A stretch of DNA of 40,206 nucleotides from Octopus sinensis (Eukaryota): positions 1 to 40,206 of the forward strand of contig NW_021835359.1 in assembly GCF_006345805.1 (NCBI RefSeq). Direction: 5' to 3'. The notes beneath the pieces are model-generated. The model saw only the letters and a list, made by a program, of their open reading frames with translations. It had not been told where the DNA came from and did not search any database. The stretch's first letter is position 1. Each line of letters starts with the position of its first letter. A program made the translations under genes and the position numbers. Shown here piece by piece: positions 1 to 10,748 of this stretch.

Positions 1-31
<31 letters not shown>

Positions 32-294
32 ACATATGTGCAAACGGTAAAAAGAACTTTCACCTAATAAAATACACTCTCCCTTACTTAAATTATTTTG
101 TCAGCATTTTCTTCATTTCCTTTTTATATATATATATATCAAATTAATCAAAGGACATACTAAGTATGTCTGCCTGCTGGAAATAACAGGCACAATTCTT
201 ATTCACATCGCCAAAAATTACACTGAGGATAACTACAGAAATCAACCGAAGCAGATTAGGTTAATAAAATCTCTCAATGTACATTTAGTCATAA

Positions 295-374
295 GGTCTC
301 AAGTGGACCGGTTTCTGTACTGGCAAAATAAATTACCTCAACGTCATCAGCACGTGTTGCCATGAAAAGAGACC
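295..374 (-). ncRNA. Type I hammerhead ribozyme motif (Penelope-like pattern), stem II partly decayed
   Basis: The minus strand reads CACGUG-CUGAUGA-(28 nt)-GAAAC-CG-GUC^CACUUG-AGACC. Core boxes are intact and stem III is the palindrome ACCGGU. Stem I is CACGUG/CACUUG, extended by GGUCUC/GAGACC (295-300 with 369-374). Stem II pairs only distally (GGUAA/UUGCC). Confidence 0.6.
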
Positions 375-893
375 CAACAACCCGTATTGAAGTCTGAACT
401 GCAACTGATTCGTTTTGCACCGAAATCAAATTACATTCACCAGTGAGAAATGCCGGAACACCGACAAAAGCATAACAGTCACAATTGAGGCTAATTAACG
501 AAATTTGGGTAATTTAAGAATTAAGGAAGCTATACTCATACACAGACTAGGGTCCCAAATTAACAACAGGCTGGCGGCTGGTAATCAATATTATCTAGAT
601 ACATCTGGATGCGTGTAGGTTCATTTTTGATAATATGCTCATCTATTGTTTATAACAAATAAAAAGAGAAGACGAAAAAAGGAAAAAAGGCAGCTGCACG
701 TATAATGCATAACTTAGAAGCAGCGCTACGGATGCACCAGCACACACGAGACTGAGACATGGCCGACCTCACGCACTACTCATGAGGAATTCTGGAAGGA
801 ACTTCGTGAGACCACTGCTGAGACGTTTCCGAAAAAATGAAAAAGATATACCGTTGGAAAACCGATTATAGCAGTGACTCCATCTAAGAATAT

Positions 894-925
894 CTGAAGA
901 AGGAATTTTATTCCGAAATATTATC
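894..925 (+). ncRNA. Decayed hammerhead-like motif
   Basis: Reads CUGAAGA-A-GGAAU(UUU)AUUCC-GAAA-UAUU-AUC. Core boxes and a 5-bp stem II are present, but stem I does not pair next to the core. Confidence 0.35.
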
Positions 926-1008
926 AAACTATGGATGACTAAATTACAACAAGTATATAGCCCATTGTTTGTATTAAAGTGCATTGTTGTGCCATTCAAA
1001 AACTTTAT

Positions 1009-1051
<43 letters not shown>

Positions 1052-1247
1052 AAGGGTACTACATGAGTACCTATATCGCTTATTATAGAAGTCAAAAAAT
1101 TCTTCCGTACCACTGTATAGTCACAAATCAATTACAGACAAGATAGGAAAAAATATATTGTATGTATGTGTGTTATTAATTTGCCTGTACGGCTGATAAT
1201 TCGCTTACTACTTGTGATGGTATTTTAATATTACCATCCCTATATTT

Positions 1248-1299
1248 ATATATATATATATATATGTGATATATATATGTGTGTGTGTATGTATATATA

Positions 1300-1390
<91 letters not shown>

Positions 1391-1406
1391 TGTATGTATG
1401 TATGTA
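1248..1406. repeat. (TA)n/(TATG)n compound microsatellite
   Basis: Direct reading. Confidence 0.95.
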
Positions 1407-1526
1407 TTCAATACAATATTAATACCTCTATATAGGTATATGTATCTACAGCATTAATACAGATATATATATATCTGTATGTATATAAAAATATATACAA
1501 ACACTACTTTAATACATATATACATA

Positions 1527-1743
1527 CGAAGGGTGCTAAAAATTTCCTGGCTTTTGGGTAAAAGAAAATACAGTAGAATTAGTTAATTATGATTTTATTC
1601 AACATATTCCCCTCTCAGATTCATACAGTTATTGCAACGTTCCTTCAGTTTTTCTAATCCTTGTTAAAGAACTCGGAAGGTTGGACCTCTAGCTAGGCCT
1701 TTCGCGACGCTCTTAAAGCCAGGAACCTTTCAGCACACCCTCG
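1527..1743. mobile_element. Mariner-type MITE, 217 bp
   Basis: Imperfect TIRs: TA|CGAAGGGTGCTAAAAATTTCCTGGCTTT versus the reverse complement of the right end, TA|CGAGGGTGTGCTGAAAGGTTCCTGGCTTT. TA flanks both ends (1525-1526, 1744-1745). No ORF. Confidence 0.85.
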
Positions 1744-1872
1744 TATATGTCATTAATAGATATGTATATAACTATATAGAATTAAATGTTGGGGAAATAA
1801 AATGATGTTAAAGATTGAGTTAGAACTAGCAAGTAAAAATCATATACTTACTATAATATAGTAAAATATTAT

Positions 1873-2163
1873 CACCATCATCATCACGTGACCGACCAGT
1901 CCATCAGATGTAGTTACACATCGCTGGTCACAATGCGTTGTTTTAGCCTTCGAATGACACCACCCCGCTGGCTAAGCGAGCAGGCCAACAGAAGAAAGAG
2001 TGGTGAAAGAGTACAGCAGGGATCACCACCCCCTGCCGGAGCCTCGTGGAGCTTTTAGGTGTTTTCGCTCAATAAACACTCACAACGCCCGGTCTGGGAA
2101 TCGAAACCGCGATCCTACGACCGCGAGTCCGCTGCCCTAACCACTAGGCCATTGCGCCTCCAC
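1873..2163 (-). mobile_element. tRNA-derived SINE, family C, full length
   Basis: The minus strand has an A box TGGCCTAGTGG, a B box GGTTTCGATTCC and a (GAT)n tail. A perfect 10-bp TSD AAAATATTAT lies at 1863-1872 and 2164-2173. Confidence 0.9.
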
Positions 2164-3730
2164 AAAATATTATATTATATTATATTATATTGTATTCCAT
2201 TAAGTTTGGAGTCAATTATTAACCATGTTTATTTATATTTTTCTGTTGTTTGTGTGTAGATTGGCTGATTCTACGTTGATGAAATCCGGTCGAGCGCCGA
2301 AAAAATTAATTTCGTGTTTAAATCTTGCTATGGTCGACTTTGCATTTCACTCTTCCGAGGACAATTTAACAGTTGTACTTGTTGTTATTTCAACTCTGAT
2401 CTACCAACCAAAAATATTTCGGCCATGACCTTCCCGTTAGTTTGTTGTTTATCAGACTGTTTATCTATGACAAACATTATTCGATATTTATCAGACACTT
2501 GTTTGTGATTTGAGGACGAGTTGACTGTTGTATCAAGTAAGTCTAGCGACTGCTTAAATTTTCCTTCAGTTATTGAAGTTCGACATAATTGATCACGGCC
2601 CTCGAGACCCAATAAATAAATAAACCGGTAAAAGAATTTAAAAGGACCCTGTTCAATATTTTTTGACATATTATTCCAATGTTATTTCCAATAACCGTTT
2701 CTCTCTTTGCGGTGTCTAATTTGTTTTTGACGTTTGTCTATTCTTTTTCCTGTTATTTCTCTGTCTTTGTGATCAGACAAAAGTTGAGCAAATACAAAAA
2801 TGAAAAGAGCAGAAGATAGACAAACAGTGGGAAACATTTCAATAGACCGCCATTGTTGTTTTTGTTGACCATAACATATGTCCGTTTTATTTTTTATTCT
2901 ATTTTACTTTTAATCTTATTTACAATCATAGGTGATCACTAGAATTCGAAGAGAGTGGGGCGCTGCTACTACTGCTGCTGATGTCCTTGTTTATAGTGAA
3001 ATTTTCTGATTGGCAAAAGTCGATATTGTAAACGTAGATTGTGAGTTAAGCTACTTCGCCGGAAGAAAAGATATCGAACGATAAAATCAAAACCTTTGTT
3101 GCAAAATGAGAAAAAAAATGAACACAATCTGTTAAAAGATAGCACGGCTTTGAGATGGAGTGAGAGGAGAAAGAAAGATGTCTTGTTTAAGATATTTGAA
3201 AGATATTGCACGTAGATGAAGATGTGAATTAATCATAAATAGTTCGATGTCTGGAGTAAATAAGAATACGTTGATTACGGAGAAATACAAACGGAATACT
3301 AAAGATATAAGCAGATATGGGATGGTTTATACCAAAGAAGGAATTATCTAAGAAAACATTTAGAAGAGGAAGGACTGAGGAAGAGTATGTAGAAAAGAAG
3401 CGACCGTAACGAGGAAAATATAAGAGAGAAAGCATAATAGGGGAAAGTGTATAGAAGAAAAAAAAAAACGGATTTTATGATGCAACATATTGCAGATAAG
3501 AGATTATAGGATAAAATATAATAAAGTGTTAATGGAGCAGAAAGAAGGTTACTCGAAGTGATTAAATATCTTTTTTAATTATCTTTAATGTTATTAACTG
3601 AAGTGATTTTTAAGATTCTTAAGCTTGAGGTGTATGAATGTGTAACAATGATTCAATCTGTTTACCGAAGGACAATAATGTCTTTCCATCAATACATGCC
3701 CACCCAAAATACCAAAATGGATTGGGGTCC

Positions 3731-5220
3731 CTTCTATTCCAAACTTGAAGTTCCACGTATTATAGAAGCAGTAGGTCTTGACTACGTGAAAGAGTTGAGG
3801 CCGAACGATATAACACCTCAAGGCGGCGAGCTGGCAGAAACGTTAGCACGCCGGGCGAAATGTTTAGCGATATTTCGTCTGCCGTTACGTTCTGAGTTCA
3901 AATTCCGCCGAGGTCGACTTCTATTCCAAACTTGAAGTTCCACGTATTATAGAAGCAGTAGGTCTTGACTATGTGGAAGGGTTGAGGCCGAACGATATAA
4001 CACCTCAAGGCGGCGAGCTGGCAGAAACGTTAGCACGCCGGGCGAAATGTTTAGCGATATATCGTCTGCCGTTACGTTCTGAGTTCAAATTCCGCCGAGG
4101 TCGACTTCTATTCCAAACTTGAAGTTCCACGTATTATAGAAGCAGTAGGTCTTGACTATGTGGAAGGGTTGAGGCCGAACGATATAACACCTCAAGGCGG
4201 CGAGCTGGCAGAAACGTTAGCACGCCGGGCGAAATGTTTAGCGATATATCGTCTGCCGTTACGTTCTGAGTTCAAATTCGCCGAGGTCGACTTCTATTCC
4301 AAACTTGAGTTTCCACGTATTATAGAAGCAGTAGGTCTTGACTATGTGGAAGGGTTGAGGCCGAACGATATATAACACCTCAAGGCGGCAAGCTGGCAGA
4401 AACGTTAGTACGCCGGGCGAAATGTTTAGCGATATTTCGTCTGCCGTTACGTTCTGAGTTCAAAATCCGCCGAGGTCGACTTCTATTCCAAACTTGAAGT
4501 TCCACGTATTATAGAAGCAGTAGTCTTGACTATGTGGAAGGGTGAGGCCAAACGATATAACACCTCAAGGCGGTGAGCTGGTAGAAACGTTAGCACGCCG
4601 GGCGAAATGTTTAGCGATATTTCGTCTGCCGTTACGTTCTGAGTTCAAATTCCGCCGAGGTCGACTTCTATTCCAAACTTGAAGTTCCACGTATTATAGA
4701 AGCAGTAGGTCTTGACTATGTGGAGGGTGAGGCCAAACGTATATAAACACCTAAGGCGGTGAGCTGGTAGAAACGTTAGCACGCCGGGCGAAATGTTTAG
4801 CGATATTTCGTCTGCCGTTACGTTCTGAGTTCAAATTCCGCCGAGGTCGACTTCTATTCCAAACTTGAAGTTCCACGTATTATAGAAGCAGTAGGTCTGA
4901 CTATGTGGAAGGGTTGAGGCCAACGATATAAACACCAAGGTGGCGAGCTGGCATAAACGTTAGCCACGCCGGGCGAAATGTTAGCGATATATCGTCTGCC
5001 GTTACGTTCTGAGTTCAAATTCCGCCGAGGTCGACTTCTATTCCAACTTGAAGTTCCACGTATTATAGAAGCAGTAGGTCTTGACTATGTGGAAGGGTTG
5101 ATACAAACGATATAACACCTCAAGGCGGTGAGCTGATAGAAACGTTAGCACGCCGGGCGAAATGTTTAGCGATATTTCGTCTGCCGTTACGTTCTGAGTT
5201 CAAATTCCGCCGAGGTCGAC
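3731..5220 (+). repeat. Tandem array of 8 x ~187-bp units (about 90 bp of flank plus about 97 bp of SINE-A 5' head)
   Basis: Units start near 3731, 3918, 4105, 4291, 4480, 4665, 4851 and 5035 and are near-identical. The last unit runs on into the complete SINE. Confidence 0.97.
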
Positions 5221-5354
5221 TTTGCCTTTCATCCTTTCGGGGTCGATAAATTAAGAACCAGTTACGCACTGGGGTCGATGCAAACGACTTAATCCGTTTG
5301 TCTGTCCTTGTTTGTCCCCTCTGTGTTTAGCCCCTTGTGGGTAGTAAAGAAATA
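5122..5354 (+). mobile_element. tRNA-derived SINE, family A (A1 tail), full length
   Basis: Head GGCGGTGAGCTG..GAGTTCAAATTCCGCC, body GCCTTTCATCCTTTCGGGGTCGATAAA, tail GTAGTAAAGAAATA. A 13-bp TSD GATATAACACCTC lies at 5109-5121 and 5355-5367. Confidence 0.92.
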
Positions 5355-5785
5355 GATATAACACCTCCAACTTGGAAATGAAGTATTGGTCTCATTCGGA
5401 GCACGACACTGACCGACATTTTCTCAGAGTTTCTCTGGACCTGAGTGCAACGGGGGATGCCTACACGACTAGCAGGAACTCAACTTCCAAGATTCTCTCT
5501 GAATTGAAACTGATGTTATCTGAGGTGTTGGACGAGTCCTTGAAGGCCACTCTGCTCCGCTGCAACAAAAGATTTCAACTCCTAACACAAGGGAGCAGTT
5601 CGATGTATCTCTTCTTCTTGTGCTGTCGCAATATGAAATACCAAATGAAAAAAATAGGAAGATAAAAACTGATGAGTTTGGAACAGGGTTTTCTCTTCAG
5701 TTTCATTTCTTAGAATCTACAAGAAAAACAAACCAAACATCAAAATGGTAACCGGCGTAACAAATACAAGATTACTGAATTTAGC

Positions 5786-5820
<35 letters not shown>

Positions 5821-5838
5821 GGTGGTGGTGGTGGTAGT

Positions 5839-5932
<94 letters not shown>

Positions 5933-5962
5933 TAGTAGTAGTAGTAGTAGTAGTAGTAGCAG
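5786..5962. repeat. (TAG)n/(TGG)n/(CAG)n compound microsatellite
   Basis: Direct reading. Confidence 0.95.
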
Positions 5963-6244
5963 TAATGTGCTTTTCAAAAATGTACCAACAGCCTGACAAT
6001 GTGCAACAGTTTGTGACATTATCGGTTTCAGAAAGTGTGATTTATTGCATAAGAGCGGCAATTTAATTGTCACAAAGTGATTATAAAATAACAATTTAAT
6101 GAATTTAATGAATAAAATGAATTGATAATTCCACATTCAACTAGTTTGGTGGGTTTTGTAAGTTCTCGTTATAATCTCTACGCAGTTATTATCAGCTTTT
6201 GAGAAAATTCATAAGAAAAACACACACACACATAAATTATACAT

Positions 6245-6258
6245 GTGTTCGCGAGTGT

Positions 6259-6297
<39 letters not shown>

Positions 6298-6473
6298 TGC
6301 GTGTGTGTGCGTGTGTGCTTGTGTGCGTGCGTGTGTGTGTGTGTGTGTGCGGGTGTGTGTGAGTGTGTATGAGTGCGTGTGTGTATGTGCGTGTGTGTGT
6401 GTGTGTGTGTGTGTCTCTGTGTGTGTGTGTGTGTGTCTCTGTGTGTGTGAGTGTGTGTGTGTGTGTGTGTGTG
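6245..6473. repeat. (GT)n microsatellite
   Basis: Direct reading. Confidence 0.95.
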
Positions 6474-6754
6474 TAAAGTGGTAGAATTATAAATTCTAAA
6501 ACATCTGGAAATACATTCTGAATATCTGTTTGGAATAAATAAAATAATATTTCTGTTTTGATAGCTGTATGTTACTTTATATATTTTTGTGGTATTAATT
6601 CGAAGTATAAAAAAGCTTTTTTCCCATCACCTAAAGTTTTTCCACAATTTAATGAAAAGCATACCATAATTTGTAGGTAAATCCAGGTATGGGAGGACAA
6701 AATAATAAAATAAATAATAAACATGATTTTGATATTTTAAAAATAATAAATATT

Positions 6755-7156
6755 AGGCGCAGGAGTGGCTGTGTGGTAAGTAGCCATCTAACCAACCACA
6801 TGGTTCTGGGTTCAGTCCCACTGCGTGGCATCTTGGGCAAGTGTCTTCTGCTATAGCCCCGGGCCGACCAATGCCTTGTGAGTGGATTTGGTAGACGGAA
6901 ACTGAAAGAAGCCTGTCGTATATATATATGTGTGTGTGTTTGTGTGTCTGTGTTGTCCCCCTAGCATTGCTTGACAACCGATGCTGGTGTGTTTACGTCC
7001 CCGTAACTTAGCGGTTCGGCAAAAGAGACCGATAGAATAATTACTGGGCTTACAAAGAATAAGATTTGGGGTCGATTTGCTCGACTAAAGGCGGTGCTCC
7101 AGCATGGCCGCAGTCAAATGACTGAAACAAGTAAAAGAGTAAAAGAGTAAAAGAGT
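6755..7156 (+). mobile_element. tRNA-derived SINE, family B, full length
   Basis: A box TGGCTGTGTGG, B box GGTTCAGTCCC, internal (TA)n(TG)n and a (TAAAAGAG)n tail. Four other near-full copies occur in the window. Confidence 0.92.
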
Positions 7157-7479
7157 ATTAATGTGGCACTTTATTTAGCAAAATAAAATGGCACAAACGC
7201 AATTGAAAGGTGAGAAATATATTTTTGCAGGGGTTCCATTTATTATTCTTTTTTGTTTAGGTTCAGCACCTTGAATCTAAACTTGGAAACTAAACCTGAA
7301 TCTCTTTCACTTGGGAGCATTTTATAGATATTCATGTTGCAACTGTCAGCCATCTTATTACCATTCCTACTTCCCTGACATCTTTCCATTTCCTTTTTGT
7401 CTTGATGAAACATTCCCCCGCCCCCCCCGTTCCTTAGGGCTGTAACTTATGCCAAACTTTACCATTAGTCTTGATGGAT

Positions 7480-7885
7480 CTCTTTTTTTACTCTTTTTAC
7501 TTGTTTCAGTCATTTGACTGCGGCCATGCTGGAGCACCGCCTTTAGTCGAACAAATCGACCCCGGGACTTATTCTTTGTGAGCCCAGTACTTATTCTATC
7601 GGTCTCTTTTGCCGAACCGCTAAGTGACGGGGACGTAAACACACCAGCATCGGTTGTCAAGCAATGCTAGGGGGACAAACACAGACACATAAACACATAC
7701 ACTTATATATATACATATATACGACAGGCTTCTTTCAGTTTCCGTCTACCAAACCTACTCACAAGGCATTGGTCGGCCCGGGGCTATAGCAGAAGACACT
7801 TGCCCAAGATGCCAAGCAGTGGGACTGAACCCGGAACCATGTGGTTGGTTAGCAAGCTACTTACCACACAGCCACTCCTGCGCCT
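7480..7885 (-). mobile_element. SINE family B, full length
   Basis: Reverse complement of 6755-7156 at high identity; it interrupts the transposase relic. Confidence 0.92.
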
Positions 7886-8048
7886 GTACAATAAACCAAA
7901 TCATTTTCTTGAGCAAAATAAAGAAGAAATTCTTTTTTTGCGGTCACGATACTAAACGAATGATGCTCGAGGATCTAAAAAGGTTCTTGGATTTGTGTCT
8001 GGAACCTAAAATCTCTACTGACTCATTCTTTTGCAAGTCCTAAGTCCC

Positions 8049-8170
8049 TGTTGTCTGGACCCCCCCAGACGATGAAGTAGGCTAGCCCAATACGTAGATA
8101 TAGAGGGAGAAATCTAGACGTCAGAGTAGTGTGGAGTTGAGTAGAGGTCATCCGAATGTGCGACATAACA
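8049..8170. mobile_element. 122-bp TG...CA insertion (short solo LTR/TRIM-like or MITE)
   Basis: Ends are TGTTGTC...GACATAACA with a 5-bp TSD GTCCC at 8044-8048 and 8171-8175. Removing it restores ELNDPARD-LGL in the transposase. Confidence 0.75.
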
Positions 8171-8594
8171 GTCCCTCGCGGGGTCATTTAATTCACACCG
8201 GTTGAAAAGTCGAGGTTCTTCACCTTCACTGCCATTGATGTCTTCATCGTCATTGCTATTTCTACTTTCTGACTCAGAACTCAAGTGCATGTCTTCGAGG
8301 TTAGTCATGAGACTGGAACGTCTGATCCATGGATCACAGGTCGCAGTGCAAATGGAAGATTTGAATAAACAATGTGTTCCCACTCTCCGAATTGTGTCTT
8401 TACGCTTTACATTAGAAAAAATTGCAGTCATCAGTGGGAATTTCAGACTCTCTCCGTCTCATTGAAACACCAAAAACGAAAAACACACAAACTGAGCTGG
8501 GCTTATGAGGAGCCACTTTTTATCTTGATCTCCAATTTCACACCAAAGTAGGCACAGTTAAAGTTTTTGACCAATTTGGTAATGTTCCTCTCCC

Positions 8595-8853
8595 TTTACT
8601 CTTTTACTCTTTTACTTGTTTCAGTCATTTGACTGCGGCCATGCTGGAGCACCGCCTGTAGACGAGCAAATCGACCCTGGGAGTTATTCTGTGTAAGCCC
8701 AGTACTTATTCTATCGGTCTCTTTTGCCGAACCGCTAAGTGACGGGAACGTAAACACACCAGCATCAGTTGTCAAGCAATGCTAGGGGAAACAAAACACA
8801 GACACCAAACACACACAAATAATATATATAATATATATATATATATATATAGA

Positions 8854-8892
<39 letters not shown>

Positions 8893-9060
8893 TACGACAG
8901 GCTTCTTTCAGTTTTTCCATCTACCAAATCCACTCACAAGGCATTGGTCGGCCCGGGGCTATAGCAGAAGACACTTGCCCAAGATGCCACGCGGTGGGAC
9001 TGAACCCGGAACCATGTGGTTGGTTAGCAAGCTACTTACCACACAGCCACTCCTGCGCCT
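8595..9060 (-). mobile_element. SINE family B, full length
   Basis: Homologous to 6755-7156. CCTCT is repeated at 8587-8591 and 9058-9062, and removal restores the codons KHQRNITKLV. Confidence 0.92.
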
Positions 9061-9474
9061 CTGATGTTTCTTAGTCGTAAACTCGCCACAAATGTAGCAA
9101 GGGTTCTCCATGCTTAATACATACCTTGTTTCATTGCATCATGTGTTACACTTCAATACTTCTTTGGTGATATTATGTACGCATGTAGATGTTTAAATCA
9201 AATATAGGCTGATGACGGGACTGGAGTGTCTGGTCTATGGGAAAATTCAGACGTAATGGTAAAATACAATGATCGATTTTGTGAAGAAACTGTAGCGGAG
9301 AGGATCATTTCTTTGTAATTTTTTGAAATCAGCAGATAAAAACTGATCGATTTCACCCAACGAACCTGAAACAATTCTTGAAGTCGCTGACCTGTGTTAT
9401 CAGATCTGCAGATAGTTAACATATATGAGACATGAATGTTTAAAATTAGTTCAATCGCATAGACACAAGTTTGC

Positions 9475-9493
9475 ATTATTATTACTATTATTA

Positions 9494-9539
<46 letters not shown>

Positions 9540-9743
9540 CATTATTATTATTGTTATTACTTTTTTTTTTCTTCTTTCAAATTTGCTTCCATTTCTTGCC
9601 GAGTGTCTTCCCGACTCCTAGGGCAAAGAAACTCATAGTATACATTGGTAGGCCATTAAACCAAACTCAATAGTTCGTTCATTTTTATTTTTTTTAAGTT
9701 AAATTAAAATACATGAGCAGCAACAGTTCTCACATCGACAATT

Positions 9744-9822
<79 letters not shown>

Positions 9823-9871
9823 CATTATTATTATTATTATTATCTATTTATTATTATTGTTATTATTATTA

Positions 9872-9902
<31 letters not shown>

Positions 9903-9945
9903 CATTATTATTATCATCATCATTATTATTGTTATTATTATTATT
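9475..9945. repeat. (ATT)n microsatellites (9475-9560 and 9741-9945)
   Basis: Direct reading. Confidence 0.95.
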
Positions 9946-9946
9946 T

Positions 9947-10159
9947 AGGCGGTGAGCTGGCAGAATCTTTAGCACGCTGGACGAAATGCTTAGCGGTATT
10001 TCACCTGTCACTACGTTCTGAGTTCAAATTCCGTCGAGGTCGACTTTGCCTTTCATCCTTTTGCGGTTGATGAAATAAGTACCTGCCGAGTACTGGGGTC
10101 GATGTAATCAACTAGCCCCCTCCCGCAAAATTTCCGGTCTTGTGCCTATAGTAGAAAGG

Positions 10160-10211
<52 letters not shown>

Positions 10212-10218
10212 TATTATT
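9947..10218 (+). mobile_element. SINE family A with alternative (A2) 3' end and (ATT)n tail
   Basis: Same head and body as 5122-5354, but the 3' part is CCCCCTCCC..TTGTGCCTATAGTAGAAAGG followed by (ATT)n. Confidence 0.88.
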
Positions 10219-10330
10219 GAGTGAGAAAGCAGTGCATGCCATCAAAGTGACACTGAGGTAAGATATACGAAGCCCAGTATAACCATCATGACTACCCGTC
10301 TGATAAGGGTCACACTTGGCACATGCATCA
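10219..10330 (-). mobile_element. Truncated copy of the (AAT)n-embedded element D
   Basis: Matches 35971-36080, including the same GAGTGAG terminus next to (ATT)n. Confidence 0.85.
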
Positions 10331-10716
10331 TAAAGCTTCCCTTTATCAAATATAGTAGAAAATAATCAAAAGAGTTCGGAGAAATATTGTTTTTGTTGTT
10401 AGGCCTTTCTTGAGCGTTGCGAGATGGAATGTTTTAGAAACATTTTTAATTAGCAAGGTGTGACATGAAAGATTTTTTCCGAAGATACCAACTATATGAA
10501 GACGAAGGACTAAGAAATAAACATTCAAACTGAATTGCAGAATTGACTTGCCAGACAACTCACCTGTTATTTTATATCACTCAAGGGATATAACACAATA
10601 TGTACAGGTACAAAGAAAGGAAACTGACCCACAAAGCGAGGGAGATTTTCATTTGACCTCCTAGATATGGCAGCAAGATCTACTTCTAGTTACATCCAAC
10701 TAATTTATATAAAGAA

Positions 10717-10748
<32 letters not shown>

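Larger units (their letters stand above)
3690..5620 (+). pseudogene. Possible highly decayed Tc1/mariner (DD37D/maT-like) transposase C-terminus, split by the SINE and satellite
   Basis: Removing the SINE array joins KLEVPRIIEAVGLDYV.. to NTSNL..FLRVSLDLSA..LSELKLMLSEVLDESLKATLLRCNKRF. This loosely resembles the PW..YVFQQD.AP.HT..WPP.SPDLNP..ELK..I.E.W..RAC..F series. Catalytic residues are not preserved. Confidence 0.3.
7300..9396 (-). mobile_element. Internally deleted Chapaev3-like (CMC) DNA transposon with transposase pseudogene, carrying nested insertions
   Basis: Minus-strand fragments occur in colinear order: CYICGEFTTKKHQ|RNITKLVK..AYFGV/IGDQDK/APH..FGVSM..DDC..EPRLFNRCELNDPARD|LGLAKE..EILGSR..KNL..YRDRKKEFLLYFAQENDLVYC|DPSRLMVKFGISYSPKE..FHQDKKEMER..MADSC. 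ATG is near 9134 and a putative terminus CACAGGTCA lies at 9396 next to TAA. The other terminus was not located. The family name is from my recall of the motifs. Confidence 0.8.

Noticed and set aside
2085-2163. Genuine tRNA gene (minus strand)
   Set aside because: The tRNA-like head continues into a SINE body with a tail and TSD. SINE-A and SINE-B heads were rejected as tRNAs for the same reason.
3731-5220. CRISPR-like repeat/spacer appearance
   Set aside because: The spacers are near-identical to each other, the unit is ~187 bp, the context is eukaryotic and no cas genes are present.
5666-5703. CTGATGAG hammerhead box
   Set aside because: No correctly placed GAAA or NUH triplet; it is only a simple hairpin AAACTGATGAG/CTCTTCAGTTT.
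9209-9260. CTGATGA...GAAA hammerhead candidate
   Set aside because: Stems I and III cannot be formed.
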